64,000 bases of DNA, from positions 27,054 through 91,053 of the forward strand of contig SVEF01000013.1 of assembly GCA_015057585.1 (NCBI GenBank). Reading direction: 5' to 3'. The stretch's first letter is position 1. Every line of letters begins with the position of its first letter. The position numbers and the translations under genes were made by a program. Source of the DNA: Lachnospiraceae bacterium (GTDB lineage Bacteria; Bacillota; Clostridia; Lachnospirales; Lachnospiraceae). The notes under the pieces are model-generated. The model was not told the origin of the DNA. It did not search any database and saw only the letters and a list, made by a program, of their open reading frames with translations. This document shows, piece by piece, positions 1 to 10,147 of this stretch.

Positions 1-1
1 T

Positions 2-568
2 GCATTTGAGTATGCGAAGGCAAATAAAAAGACCAGAGTGACTGCAGTGACCAAGGCAAATATTATTAAGACAACCGATGGAAAGTTCTTAGATACGTTC
101 CGTGAGATTGCAAAGGAGTATCCGGAGATATTCGCAGACGACTGGTACATCGATATTATGACTGCGAAGTTAATCGATGAAAAGAGAAGACGTGATTTTC
201 AGGTAATGGTGCTTCCGAATCTGTATGGCGACATTATTACGGATGAAGCGGCAGAATTCCAGGGTGGCGTAGGTACTGCGGGCAGTGCCAATATCGGTAA
301 GAGATATGCGATGTTTGAAGCAATTCATGGTTCCGCGCCAAGAATGGTAACCGAAGGCAGAGATAAGTATGCAGATCCATGCAGTGTCATCCGTGCCGGC
401 GCAATGCTCCTTGCACACATCGGATATACAGAGCAGTCGGATAAATTATACCGTGCACTGGATGTTTGTACCGTAACGGAAAAGAAGTATGTGATTACTG
501 GTCGGGATACCGGCGTTACAGGTGCACAGTTTGCGGATTATATCATGGAAACCATCGAAAAAATGTAG
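2..568 (+). CDS. Isocitrate/isopropylmalate dehydrogenase family protein, C-terminal part (5' end lies outside the window)
   Basis: The frame is open from the window edge. Motifs NLYGDIITDEAAEFQGG...AIHGSAP...LLAHIGY are typical of the beta-decarboxylating dehydrogenase family. Confidence 0.7.
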   Translation, partial: AFEYAKANKKTRVTAVTKANIIKTTDGKFLDTFREIAKEYPEIFADDWYIDIMTAKLIDEKRRRDFQVMVLPNLYGDIITDEAAEFQGGVGTAGSANIGKRYAMFEAIHGSAPRMVTEGRDKYADPCSVIRAGAMLLAHIGYTEQSDKLYRALDVCTVTEKKYVITGRDTGVTGAQFADYIMETIEKM

Positions 569-592
569 TCTTAGAAAAGGCAAGGGAGAAAA

Positions 593-1273
593 ATGGAAGA
601 GAGTAAAGAGCGTTTTGACGTTCAAAAGGAAGTGACGGATAAATATTCTCTGCGTGGCAGGGTGTTCCACAAGATACGTGAGGATATTTTGTCCGGAAAA
701 TATACGGATAATGAAGAATTAAAGGAAGCAACCATCGGAAAAGAACTGGGTGTCAGCCGTACTCCGGTGCGGGAAGCATTAAGACAACTGGAATTGGAGG
801 GTCTTGTTACGATTATTCCAAACAAGGGAGCGTACGTAACCGGGATTTCCACAAAGGATATCCATGATATTTATGTGATTCGTTCTTACTTAGAAGGACT
901 TGCAGCCAGATGGGCATGTGAGCGGATTACGGAGCAGGAAATCGACGAGATTGAGGAAATCGTGTATCTTTCGGAGTTTCATGCAAAGAAAAAGCACTTT
1001 GACCAGATTGTAGAGCTGGATAACAAGTTCCATGAGAGCATGTACCGGGCTTCCGGCAGCAAGATTTTGGAGCATGAGCTGACGACATTCCATCATTATG
1101 TCGAGCGTATCCGGAAGAAATCGCTTCATAACGAAGAACGTGCGTTAAAATCCAACGAAGAGCATACGGCGATTTTGGAGGCAATCCGGAACCGCGACGG
1201 AGAACTTGCCGAGAAACTTGCGCACGAGCATATTATTCAGACGATTTTAAACATGAACAAACAAGGACTGTAA
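593..1273 (+). CDS. GntR-family transcriptional regulator (FadR/FCD-type C-terminal domain)
   Basis: The N-terminal winged HTH has LGVSRTPVREALRQLELEGLV, followed by an all-alpha C-terminal domain. A GGGAG RBS sits upstream. Confidence 0.75.
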   Translation: MEESKERFDVQKEVTDKYSLRGRVFHKIREDILSGKYTDNEELKEATIGKELGVSRTPVREALRQLELEGLVTIIPNKGAYVTGISTKDIHDIYVIRSYLEGLAARWACERITEQEIDEIEEIVYLSEFHAKKKHFDQIVELDNKFHESMYRASGSKILEHELTTFHHYVERIRKKSLHNEERALKSNEEHTAILEAIRNRDGELAEKLAHEHIIQTILNMNKQGL

Positions 1274-1275
1274 GA

Positions 1276-1305
1276 GTTTTAAGAGGGTGCCAAACGGCAT
1301 CCTCT
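1276..1305 (+). terminator. Rho-independent terminator after the GntR gene
   Basis: Hairpin AGAGGGTGCC-aaac-GGCATCCTCT followed by TTTTT. Confidence 0.6.
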
Positions 1306-1880
1306 TTTTCTCTGCATAGATTTCCCAAAAGACTACGAACAGTCCGCAAATCCTTACACATCACATTTCATCCGCTTTCTGCCGACTGTATTCCCTTTTT
1401 CCGTAACTCGCAGCCGGTGGCGGCAGTAGATATCAAACAGAATTGACCGTAAAAAGCGTTCAAGGAACGCTTTTCTAAAAAACGCAGATTGGCACCTCTG
1501 AACAAACGTGTTTGTTCGAGAGCGCCTTTCTGCGTTTTGAGAAAAAGTGCGTCGCACTTTTTTTAGGTCAATTCTGTAGAGACAGTTTCTTACTCCACCT
1601 TCTGCTCAGACAAACGGCAAAAAGGGAACAGTCGGTGAAAGCGTCTAAAAAGTTCTGTGAGGATTTTGCGGACTGCACGTAATGTCTTTTTGGAAATCCA
1701 TGCATCGAAATAAAAGGAGGATGCCGCTTTGGCACCCGGCTGAAAGCCTGACAACACAGATATCTTACAGTCCGCAAATGAACACGGGGCGGTCGGCTGT
1801 GCCGATTGCCCGATGAACAATCAGTTCATACAGCGACAACTGCTTTGGTGAACAGGTGAATTCAGCTATAGAGGTCGAAA

Positions 1881-1909
1881 TTGCAAGAAGGCTGGAAGGT
1901 GTGTTATAA
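1881..1909 (+). promoter_or_regulatory. Sigma-A-type promoter (TTGCAA, 17 nt spacer, extended -10 TGtTATAAT) for the downstream membrane-protein gene
   Basis: ttgcaagaaggctggaaggtgtgttataatg is visible directly, about 45 nt upstream of the ATG at 1949. Confidence 0.55.
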
Positions 1910-1948
1910 TGAAAATAAAATGACAAAAAATATAGGGGGGAAAAGAAA

Positions 1949-2578
1949 ATGGAATTTAAGTATCCGAAGTTAAAAAAAGGATTAAGTTTGTTTGCTATTG
2001 GATTTCTGTTGAAATCCATCGGGCATGTCCTACATTGGATGTGTAATTTTGCCGTTATCATGTGGGGGGAAAGTTTTGGAATGGACACTATCGGCGGAAT
2101 TGTTATGACGGTTGGTGATATTTTGGTGCTGGTTGGATTGTTTACTGCAGCAAAAGAAAGAAGAAATTACTTGACAGTATTTTTTATGATACTTGGTGGA
2201 TATGCTATATCATTTTGGCACGGGTTATTTTCTGGATTAAATCTTAGGTTATATGCGAATCCAATTGGAATTGTTTCAAAAGTAGTTACATTTACCTATA
2301 TTTGCATAGCGTGTGTGGAAACATCGAGGGTACTGAAAGAAGAAGGGATAACAAAGCTTACCAAACTGTGTTTGCCGGTTTACATCGGTTACGGTATTTT
2401 CTATGGATATTCGGTATTTATGTTGCTGATATCCATGTTTATAAATACGAATCAGACGATATTTGGTATTTTGGGCATTGGTGCGTATGCTGGTGCATTT
2501 GTCGGCGGAGTTACCTGCAACCTGTTTTTCTTTTTAGCCGTTAGTCGTATAAAGAAATTAAATCTGGAAAGTAAATGA
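1949..2578 (+). CDS. Hypothetical integral membrane protein (5-6 TM helices)
   Basis: Hydrophobic helices throughout. An RBS GGGGGGAAAAG precedes it and a terminator hairpin at 2593-2620 follows. Confidence 0.5.
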   Translation: MEFKYPKLKKGLSLFAIGFLLKSIGHVLHWMCNFAVIMWGESFGMDTIGGIVMTVGDILVLVGLFTAAKERRNYLTVFFMILGGYAISFWHGLFSGLNLRLYANPIGIVSKVVTFTYICIACVETSRVLKEEGITKLTKLCLPVYIGYGIFYGYSVFMLLISMFINTNQTIFGILGIGAYAGAFVGGVTCNLFFFLAVSRIKKLNLESK

Positions 2579-2725
2579 ATATCAAACCATCGAGGCGGTC
2601 GAAAGACCGCCTTATTTTTCTCGAGTTTACCGGTAGTAGGGATAGGCAGATAAAGATAACATCTTAGGACTGGTATTTGGCGGAAATTTCTGATATACAT
2701 AGTAATAGATAAAAGAGGGGGAGTG

Positions 2726-3109
2726 ATGGTTACGAAACTTGAAGAAATCGCAAAAGTATTACAGTGTTGTATTGATGATTTTCCATATGCGGATCCGCAA
2801 CGGTTCTTTTGCCTGCATGGTGAAAAGGTAAGTTGTCTGATGCAATTTGTGGAATGTTCGGAAGATGACTCCTACTTCATTTTATTTGGACTATGGAAAC
2901 AGGAGGAGCATCCGGAGGAAATCACAGAGGTTTCCCAGTGTGATTTTGTCGGACATGTCATGATGAGTGGAAAAAAATCTCCGACCGGCGGATTTTACCC
3001 GGAGAAGATGGGGCGGTGGCGCGTCCGTGCTGATATAAAAAAGATGCTGAAACTTGTGATTATACCGATATTACAAAAAGGAGAAATCAACTTTCCAAAT
3101 TTGAAATAA
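2726..3109 (+). CDS. Hypothetical protein
   Basis: ORF with a GGGGGAG RBS. I recognise no domain. Confidence 0.4.
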   Translation: MVTKLEEIAKVLQCCIDDFPYADPQRFFCLHGEKVSCLMQFVECSEDDSYFILFGLWKQEEHPEEITEVSQCDFVGHVMMSGKKSPTGGFYPEKMGRWRVRADIKKMLKLVIIPILQKGEINFPNLK

Positions 3110-3112
3110 GAC

Positions 3113-3146
3113 AAGGCGGTCAGAGAAAATGACCGCCTTGTTTCAT
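3113..3146. terminator. Bidirectional terminator between convergent genes
   Basis: Hairpin CAAGGCGGTCA-gagaaaa-TGACCGCCTTG flanked by T/A runs. Confidence 0.6.
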
Positions 3147-3155
3147 ATCTGTATG

Positions 3156-5867
3156 TTATTCTCTCGGAATCTTTATGATGACCACACTGATGGCAGGAAC
3201 CTCATAGGTGAAGTTTTCGTAAACATCTATCGTGCTTGTGACCGGAGCAACATTTAATTTTGTCGCACTGTTTGTAGAATCTAAGGTTGGTCCTGTCAGG
3301 GTAGTAACTTCACCCGTGTAGGAAATAACACCAAAATTCATCAGGTCAATTTCCAGTTCAATCGGAGCATCGGTTACGTTGACAAGCTTGATGATGATGT
3401 TTCCTGCTTCGTCAAGGCCGGTTACCTGATATAAATCGTCTGCCTGCGGGATGTCATAGTTTACATACTGTACACCGTCGATGTAGCAGTCGATATGACT
3501 GCCGTTCACAACGATTTTTAATTCGTATGTGACGTTGGTTTCTACGGTAAAGCCGCTGACGGTTCCGTCTGTTTGTCCGCTCTTTACATTGTTCACAATG
3601 CTCTCTAAACAGGAGACGGTATTTGCCCATCCGCCGATGTTCCAGTGGTAACAGTTCCGGGCATCCTGTACGGCAAACGGAATGAGGAAACCCTCGGCAC
3701 CGCCGGTTTTGGTAGCCTTTAAGGTAAGGGTATAATTGGTCCAGGTGGTATCACCGATGTAAGTGACATCACCGTTGACAGAGTTGGACGGCCAGCCGGC
3801 AAAGGACTGGGTCATCACGCCGTTTCCGATGGAAAAATCACCGGCTACGGTCTGCCAATCGGACAGGGAAGCATCGGTGAAATCCTCGGAGAACAATACT
3901 TCTCCGGTGTCATTCGAAACTACCTTAATATCATCAAAGATGGCAGAGGTCTGCCAGGTGCCGACACCGATTTTTCCGGTGAGGTCTTCAATTTCATGGA
4001 CATTGCCGGTTAAGGTGGAAGAAACAACACGGTCGGACTTCATGGAACCGAATAACTGCTGTACGTAGTAGTTCGGGGAAGCCCAGGTGGTAGAACTGTT
4101 AAACCAGATTAAGTCAGGTGTCCAATGGTTTTTTGTCAGGTTACTGAACAGAGGAGCGTATGCTGCCAGATGGACAATATCGCCGTTTCTCTCCAATGCT
4201 GTCATGTAAGCTGCTTCGGCAAGGGCGGCACGTAACGTATTGGAACGTGCGGCATATTCGCCTAAGAATACCGGAACACTGTCACGGTCATAAGTATCGT
4301 AACGCTTTGCGTGGGTTAAGAACCAATCCGGCTCTCTGTAATAGTGCTCGTCCACGAGGTCGGCATAACCGGTGCCGTGTTCACGGATTTTATCCCATGC
4401 CCAGGTGTTTTCGGACTGTGGACCGTTGGAGACAATCAGTTCAATGCCGCCGTAAAGTTCAGGATTTTCCTCGGCTGCCTGACGGAACGCGGCTAAAAAT
4501 TCTTCGTAGCGTTCAAAGTAAATCTCATCCCACTGCTCATTGCCGATGCCGACGTAAGTGAGTGCAAACGGCTCCTCGTGTCCCATGGCAATTCGTACGG
4601 AACCCCAGTGGGTCGAAGCATCGCCGCGGCAGAACTCCACTAAATCAAGAGCATCCTGTATGTACTGTTCAAATGCGGCAGAGCCGATGGCAGGACCGGA
4701 TGCATCTCCCTGTGCCTGACAGGAGAGTCCGCAGTTTAAAATCGGAACAGGCTCGCAGCCTAAATCTTCACATAATACGAAAAATTCATAAAAGCCAAAG
4801 CCGTAGGTCATGTAATACGGATTGTTGGCGTCTGCGTATTGTCCCCAAAGGTTAAAACCGAGAGGACGGGTAGCAACATCACCCACCGTTTCGACACCGT
4901 TGATGGTCATCTTCATGCCGTTGCCGACAGAATCCTTCCAGCTGTAGGCATTTTCTAATGTGTTTCCTTCAATGATACAGCCGCCCGGGAAACGTAAAAA
5001 TCCCGGCTTAATATCGGCAAGCATCTGCACCATGTCGGCACGCAGGCCGTTTTCACGTCCTTTGTAGGTATCCTTCGGAAACAGGGAAACCATATCCATG
5101 TGCAGGGTGCCTTCGTCAATCAGCACCGCAAGATAAACGCGCTTTGCCAGGGTTTCTGTTGCGGTGATTGTAACTTCATATTTCCACCATTCATCGGTAA
5201 TTCCGCTGATGGTTGCTTCGCCATAGACTTTGGAACCGCTGTTGTTCTGCAGGCGGATTGTTACGTTGCCCAAATTGCCTTCCGGTGCTTTTAAGAAAGC
5301 AGTAAAACTGTATTCCTTTCCTTCTTCAATTGCCAGACCGGTAAGCCAGCCGGAGTTTCGGATACCGGAGTCCGGGGCATTGGCGGTCATACTCAGGTAG
5401 TGTGGGTTATTGGCATTTAAGTAACTGCCGTCTGTACTTCCGTCCATCAGCTCATGGCTGATATCACCTACGTCGTTCCAAGCATGGAAGTAGCCGTTTC
5501 TGGCATAGGTTTCTTCATATTCAAAGGAGCGGTTTTTGATCATTTCCGCATACATGCCGCCATCTACAGCGTGATTGATGTCTTCTAAAAACAGGCCGTA
5601 TAAGATGTCGCTGATTTCATAGGTCTGTGCTCCGTCCGCAGTCAGTTTAAAACCAACTTCTTCGACTACAGGTGCAGTTGGCACCGGAGTTTCGGTCGGG
5701 GCCGGAGTGTTTGTCGGAGCCGGAACATCCGTAGCCGGTACATCCGTTGGAACGGTAGCCGGTACAGTGACCGTCGGAGAAGGATCCGGGTTCTCCGATG
5801 GATTGTTACCGCATCCGGTGATAGCAACCAGAAGCAGTACGGTAAGAATAGATACTAATTTTTTCAA
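3156..5867 (-). CDS. Large extracellular GH51-type alpha-L-arabinofuranosidase lipoprotein with extra N- and C-terminal beta-sandwich (CBM-like) domains
   Basis: FLRFPGGCIIEGN and GIGNEQW motifs resemble the GH51 RFPGG and GNE signatures. The lipobox LLLVAITGC is followed by a Pro/Thr-rich linker. The likely true start is TTG at 5867 (GAGAGGG RBS 8 nt upstream); the track ORF extends to 5975. Confidence 0.7.
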   Translation of the reverse strand: MKKLVSILTVLLLVAITGCGNNPSENPDPSPTVTVPATVPTDVPATDVPAPTNTPAPTETPVPTAPVVEEVGFKLTADGAQTYEISDILYGLFLEDINHAVDGGMYAEMIKNRSFEYEETYARNGYFHAWNDVGDISHELMDGSTDGSYLNANNPHYLSMTANAPDSGIRNSGWLTGLAIEEGKEYSFTAFLKAPEGNLGNVTIRLQNNSGSKVYGEATISGITDEWWKYEVTITATETLAKRVYLAVLIDEGTLHMDMVSLFPKDTYKGRENGLRADMVQMLADIKPGFLRFPGGCIIEGNTLENAYSWKDSVGNGMKMTINGVETVGDVATRPLGFNLWGQYADANNPYYMTYGFGFYEFFVLCEDLGCEPVPILNCGLSCQAQGDASGPAIGSAAFEQYIQDALDLVEFCRGDASTHWGSVRIAMGHEEPFALTYVGIGNEQWDEIYFERYEEFLAAFRQAAEENPELYGGIELIVSNGPQSENTWAWDKIREHGTGYADLVDEHYYREPDWFLTHAKRYDTYDRDSVPVFLGEYAARSNTLRAALAEAAYMTALERNGDIVHLAAYAPLFSNLTKNHWTPDLIWFNSSTTWASPNYYVQQLFGSMKSDRVVSSTLTGNVHEIEDLTGKIGVGTWQTSAIFDDIKVVSNDTGEVLFSEDFTDASLSDWQTVAGDFSIGNGVMTQSFAGWPSNSVNGDVTYIGDTTWTNYTLTLKATKTGGAEGFLIPFAVQDARNCYHWNIGGWANTVSCLESIVNNVKSGQTDGTVSGFTVETNVTYELKIVVNGSHIDCYIDGVQYVNYDIPQADDLYQVTGLDEAGNIIIKLVNVTDAPIELEIDLMNFGVISYTGEVTTLTGPTLDSTNSATKLNVAPVTSTIDVYENFTYEVPAISVVIIKIPRE

Positions 5868-5988
5868 TGTTGCAACCCTCTCAATCTTAATATTGTATAA
5901 AAGATTATAGAGGTTTGGGAAAAAAGTGTCAATCCGAAAGGGAAAGATTATTCTACAGTGAAGAAAAACTTGCAAGAGGGAAACTGCA

Positions 5989-6939
5989 ATGCTATACTAT
6001 AATGAAGTATGGGAGAAGGAGGAAACAATAGAGAATATGAAAAAAATAGGAAAAGTAATCGGCTGTTTTTTGCCGACAATTGCGGCGTTTGCTACGCAGG
6101 TGTTGGCCGCTTCCGTGATTTCCACAATTTATGTAGTCATTCTTACCTTTTGGGGAGTGAATCAGGGAATTACAGATGACACGGAATTATATGATGCAAT
6201 GATGCAAAAATTGGCGGAGGGCAACTTTCTTTTAATTGTCACGGCAATTGCGACGTTTTATACGTTGATTATCGGATTTTTCTGGTATCGGGGACTTCGG
6301 CCGAAGACAGACTTTAAGTTGAAAGAAGTCATCAATGCAAAATTGCTTGCTGCCATGTTTTTGCTGGGAGTATCGTTGCAACTTTTGATTTCCATGTGCT
6401 TAAATGCGGTGTTCCCGCTTTTGCCGAATGCAACGACAACGGAATATTCGGAACTGATAGAAAGTCTCATCGGAGGAAACATCTGGCTGTCTTTACTTGT
6501 TACGGTGGTGTTGGCACCACTTGCAGAGGAACTTTTGTTCCGGGGAGTGACACTGAAAAAAGCGCAGAAGTTTATGCCGTTTATGGCGGCCAATCTTTTG
6601 CAGGCACTTTTGTTTGGAATTTATCACGGAAATCTGATTCAGGGAACATATGCGTTTGTTCTTGGTCTGATTCTTGGTTTTACAGCGGAATATTTCCATT
6701 CCATCTGGGCATCGGTTCTGTTGCATGCGTTTGTCAACGGTTCGGCGGAATTGCTCGGTCTCTTGCCGGAGAGCATGACTTCGACTCTTGCCGGGGTAAT
6801 TGCCCTGTCGGTTGTTGGTGTTATACTCTTGTTTGTAGCGGCAAAACTTTATCCGGGAGCCCGCCGCGTGCCGGAAACTGTATGTCCGGAACCTAAAGAG
6901 ACTGACGCGGAGTTTACGGAAAATTCATTTGACGAATAA
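5989..6939 (+). CDS. CPBP-family (CAAX-type) intramembrane metalloprotease
   Basis: Motifs EELLFRG, FGIYHGN and HAFVN within a polytopic membrane protein. An alternative start at 6037 (MKKIGK, AGGAGG upstream) is possible. Confidence 0.7.
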   Translation: MLYYNEVWEKEETIENMKKIGKVIGCFLPTIAAFATQVLAASVISTIYVVILTFWGVNQGITDDTELYDAMMQKLAEGNFLLIVTAIATFYTLIIGFFWYRGLRPKTDFKLKEVINAKLLAAMFLLGVSLQLLISMCLNAVFPLLPNATTTEYSELIESLIGGNIWLSLLVTVVLAPLAEELLFRGVTLKKAQKFMPFMAANLLQALLFGIYHGNLIQGTYAFVLGLILGFTAEYFHSIWASVLLHAFVNGSAELLGLLPESMTSTLAGVIALSVVGVILLFVAAKLYPGARRVPETVCPEPKETDAEFTENSFDE

Positions 6940-6955
6940 GTGAGAGAACTTTATA

Positions 6956-7930
6956 ATGACAAACAGGAAGGAGGCGGTTCCTTTGCTCGAAATTTTTAAG
7001 ACAACAGAGGGCAGTGTGCTCGAAAAACAGGAGAGTGTGACCAAAGACTGTTGGATCGCCATGACAGCACCGACAGCACAGGAGATTAAAGAAATTTCCC
7101 GTGCCTGCCATTTGGAAGAAGACGTACTTAGAGCGGCGCTCGATGAAGAAGAGCGTGCACGTATCGAAACCGAGGAGGATTACACACTCATTGTCATTGA
7201 TATTCCCGCGGTAGAAAAAGAGATGGTGGAGAAGCAGGAAAAGGACAGATACATCACCATGCCGTTATCCATTATCAGCATTAAAGATGTGATTATCACC
7301 GTATGTCTGGTGGATACACCGGTATTACAGCATATTAAGATGGGTCGGATGAAAGGATTTTCCACACATAAAAAGACACGTTTGATTTTGCAGATTTTTT
7401 ACCGCGTAGCGACGCAGTTTTTGCAGAATCTTCGTTCCATCAACCGTCAGAGTGAGATGATTGAAGATAAGCTTCATGTCTCGCAGAAAAACAAGGAATT
7501 GTTTGAACTGTTGGAACTGCAGAAGAGCCTTGTGTATTTCACTACCTCGCTCCGTTCCAATGAGGCGGTGTTTGAAAAAATGTTAAAAAACGAAAAGGTA
7601 AAGCGTTATCCGGATGATGAGGATTTGCTGGAGGACGTCATTATTGAGAATAAACAGGCGATGGAGATGGCAAACATATACAGTGGAATCGTAGGCAGCA
7701 TGGTAGATACTTTTGCTTCGGTTATCAGCAACAACCAGAATCTTGTTATGAAGTTTCTGGCCACCGTGACAATTGTAATGTCAATACCGACCATGATTGC
7801 CAGTTTCTACGGAATGAATGTGCCACTTCCGGGACATGATAATCCTTATGGATTTTATATTGTTCTCGGTTTTGCACTTTTGCTTGCCGGTGTTGTGGCA
7901 CTGATTTTCCACAAAAAGGATGTATTTTAG
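6956..7930 (+). CDS. corA: CorA-family magnesium/cobalt transporter
   Basis: C-terminal two TM helices with a YGMNV (GMN) motif and a soluble N-terminal domain. A TTG at 6983 with an AGGAGG RBS is an alternative start. Confidence 0.75.
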   Translation: MTNRKEAVPLLEIFKTTEGSVLEKQESVTKDCWIAMTAPTAQEIKEISRACHLEEDVLRAALDEEERARIETEEDYTLIVIDIPAVEKEMVEKQEKDRYITMPLSIISIKDVIITVCLVDTPVLQHIKMGRMKGFSTHKKTRLILQIFYRVATQFLQNLRSINRQSEMIEDKLHVSQKNKELFELLELQKSLVYFTTSLRSNEAVFEKMLKNEKVKRYPDDEDLLEDVIIENKQAMEMANIYSGIVGSMVDTFASVISNNQNLVMKFLATVTIVMSIPTMIASFYGMNVPLPGHDNPYGFYIVLGFALLLAGVVALIFHKKDVF

Positions 7931-7951
7931 TTCAAGTAAAGGAAGAAAGTA

Positions 7952-8953
7952 ATGGGAAAGTTTTGGTATAAGATGGAATACAAATATGGCAAATATGCCA
8001 TCCGGAATCTGCCGCTGATTTTAATCATATGTTACGGAATCGGCTATGTGATAGAACTTACGATGCCGGAACTGGCAGGGTTTCTGACACTGAATCCGTA
8101 CTATATTTTGAAGGGGCAAATCTGGAGACTGGTTTCCTGGGTGTTGATTCCGCCGGAATCCTTTAGTTTCCTTACCATTATCGTATTATATTTTTACTAT
8201 TCCATCGGTAAGGATTTGGAAAACACATGGGGAGCATTCCGTTTTAACGTCTACATGATTTCCGGTGTATTGTTTACGATTTTGGGAAGTTTTGTCCTTT
8301 ACGGAATTGCAAAGGTACAGTTTGCAGATGTCATAGAAGCTTACGGCGCGGAAACGGTATTTACCAACATGGCAACGGTTTCCAGACTGACGGAAAGCGG
8401 TGCGGCAGAGCATGTGCTGCTACCGGCGGTGTGGTTTGCCGGAATCAGTACGTATTACATCAATCTTGCCTTATTGCTTGCGTTTGCAGCAACGTATCCG
8501 GATGTCCGTTTTTATCTGATGGGACTGTTACCGATTCGTGCGAAAATTCTTGGCATTTTGTACGGTGTCATGGTGGCATATGAGTTTATTTTAGGAACTA
8601 TGGCAAGCAGGATTATTATCTTGGCATCTCTGTTGAATTTTATTATTTTCTTTTTTACGACCAGAGGATACGCCAGAGTTTCTCCAAGTGAAATTAAGCG
8701 GAAACAGGAGTATAAAAAGAAAGTACGCGAAGCAAAGAGAATGGGAAATGAAACCACATATCAGGGTAGAACCGTGATTACCAGACATAAATGTGCCATT
8801 TGCGGCAGAACGGAGTTGGATGATGAAAATTTAGAATTCCGTTATTGCTCCAAATGTGAGGGTAACTATGAATATTGTTCGGACCATTTGTATACACATG
8901 AGCATGTGCGTAAAATTGTGCCGGGCAAAACTCCACCTTTTGAGGAAAAATAA
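7952..8953 (+). CDS. Polytopic membrane protein with a C-terminal Cys4 zinc-ribbon
   Basis: About 7 TM helices, then CAIC...CSKC...C..H.H near the C-terminus. Confidence 0.45.
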   Translation: MGKFWYKMEYKYGKYAIRNLPLILIICYGIGYVIELTMPELAGFLTLNPYYILKGQIWRLVSWVLIPPESFSFLTIIVLYFYYSIGKDLENTWGAFRFNVYMISGVLFTILGSFVLYGIAKVQFADVIEAYGAETVFTNMATVSRLTESGAAEHVLLPAVWFAGISTYYINLALLLAFAATYPDVRFYLMGLLPIRAKILGILYGVMVAYEFILGTMASRIIILASLLNFIIFFFTTRGYARVSPSEIKRKQEYKKKVREAKRMGNETTYQGRTVITRHKCAICGRTELDDENLEFRYCSKCEGNYEYCSDHLYTHEHVRKIVPGKTPPFEEK

Positions 8954-10147
8954 GTGAGACAGATTCTGTTGCTTCTGCAGGCACAGGCTGCAGAATGGAA
9001 AAACAGAAAAAAGACACTGATGTGGATCGGAATCGTGCTTATTATTTGTATGATAAGCACTTTTTCGTATGTAAAGAACCGGGAAAATGAAGAGCCTGCT
9101 ATGGCAGGAAAGTTAACCCTTGGGGTGGCAAATGAGGATGGTTCCGAATATTCCGAATTGTTGATTTCGTATTTTGTAGGTAATGAGAATTTTTCTTCTT
9201 TTGTTGATGTGACAGAGGGAACAGAAGAGGAATTGCGCAGGTTACTGGAAACAGGAAAGCTGGATGCATATCTGTTCATTCCGGAACAGTTTGCACAGAG
9301 TCTGATTGTTATGGAACATGTGCCGGTCCGGGCAGTCGTATCCATGCGTCAGCCAACGAAGGCGCTTTTGTTTCGGCAGGTGTTAGAGGCCTACGAAACG
9401 TATATCAGGCATGTGGAAGTACAGTGTACGGTATTGTATGACCGTATGAAACTGGTGGGATTTTCGGCCTCTGAGTTGAACAAAGCCAATATGGACATTT
9501 CGTTGGATTTGATTTTTACAGCTTTGGGAAAAGATGATTTTTTCAGAATCCGTCAGGTCGAAAGAAAGCAGGAGATTACTCTGGCGGAGCATTATTTCTT
9601 TACCTTATTGTTTTGTGCGGGAGCATTTTTGTTTCTCCCGGCAGGAAACCGGATTTTAAAATGGAAACAGACCGGAATGGTTTCCAGATTTAAGACGATG
9701 AGAATTTCTATGGGGGCGGTGATTGCTGCGGCAGCACTTCCATATCTTGCGGGAATTTTTGTGGCAACCGGAAGTATGCTTTACTTAAGAAGAAGTTTCG
9801 ATGTACGGAATTTTCTTTGTGCGGTGCTGTTGTTTGTAGCGGTGTTGTTGGTAGCCTTAGGACTTGGTGCGGCCCTGCAAAAGAGAAAGGATTATCTGTT
9901 TGCTTACAGTATGGTTCTCTGCGTGATTACCGTGCTTGGCGGCGGAATTGTTCCAAAGCAGTACCTGCCGGATTTGTTTGCACGGATTGCTATGCTGCTT
10001 CCGAATGAGAGGTTTGTTTTACTGATGACCGGAAATGAAACGCAGATAGGGAAGGTGTGTCTGGTTTGTGCGGTAATAACAACCGGCTGTTTCTTCTTTG
10101 GTACCACTTGTTTGGTACGGCGGGGGGAGGCGAAAGAGGATGCGTAA
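8954..10147 (+). CDS. ABC-2-type transporter permease-like membrane protein (paralog 1)
   Basis: N-terminal TM helix, a large extracytoplasmic domain (LTLGVANEDGSEY...AYLFIPEQF) and a C-terminal 5-TM bundle. This is typical ABC-2 topology. Confidence 0.55.
   Translation: MRQILLLLQAQAAEWKNRKKTLMWIGIVLIICMISTFSYVKNRENEEPAMAGKLTLGVANEDGSEYSELLISYFVGNENFSSFVDVTEGTEEELRRLLETGKLDAYLFIPEQFAQSLIVMEHVPVRAVVSMRQPTKALLFRQVLEAYETYIRHVEVQCTVLYDRMKLVGFSASELNKANMDISLDLIFTALGKDDFFRIRQVERKQEITLAEHYFFTLLFCAGAFLFLPAGNRILKWKQTGMVSRFKTMRISMGAVIAAAALPYLAGIFVATGSMLYLRRSFDVRNFLCAVLLFVAVLLVALGLGAALQKRKDYLFAYSMVLCVITVLGGGIVPKQYLPDLFARIAMLLPNERFVLLMTGNETQIGKVCLVCAVITTGCFFFGTTCLVRRGEAKEDA

Noticed and set aside
3763-5294. 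Several +-strand ORFs (3763..4068, 4160..4561, 4562..4855, 5100..5294) inside the minus-strand GH51 gene
   Set aside because: They lie antisense within a long, well-supported coding region. They lack RBSs and have Arg/Cys-rich composition typical of out-of-frame translation of GC-richer coding DNA.
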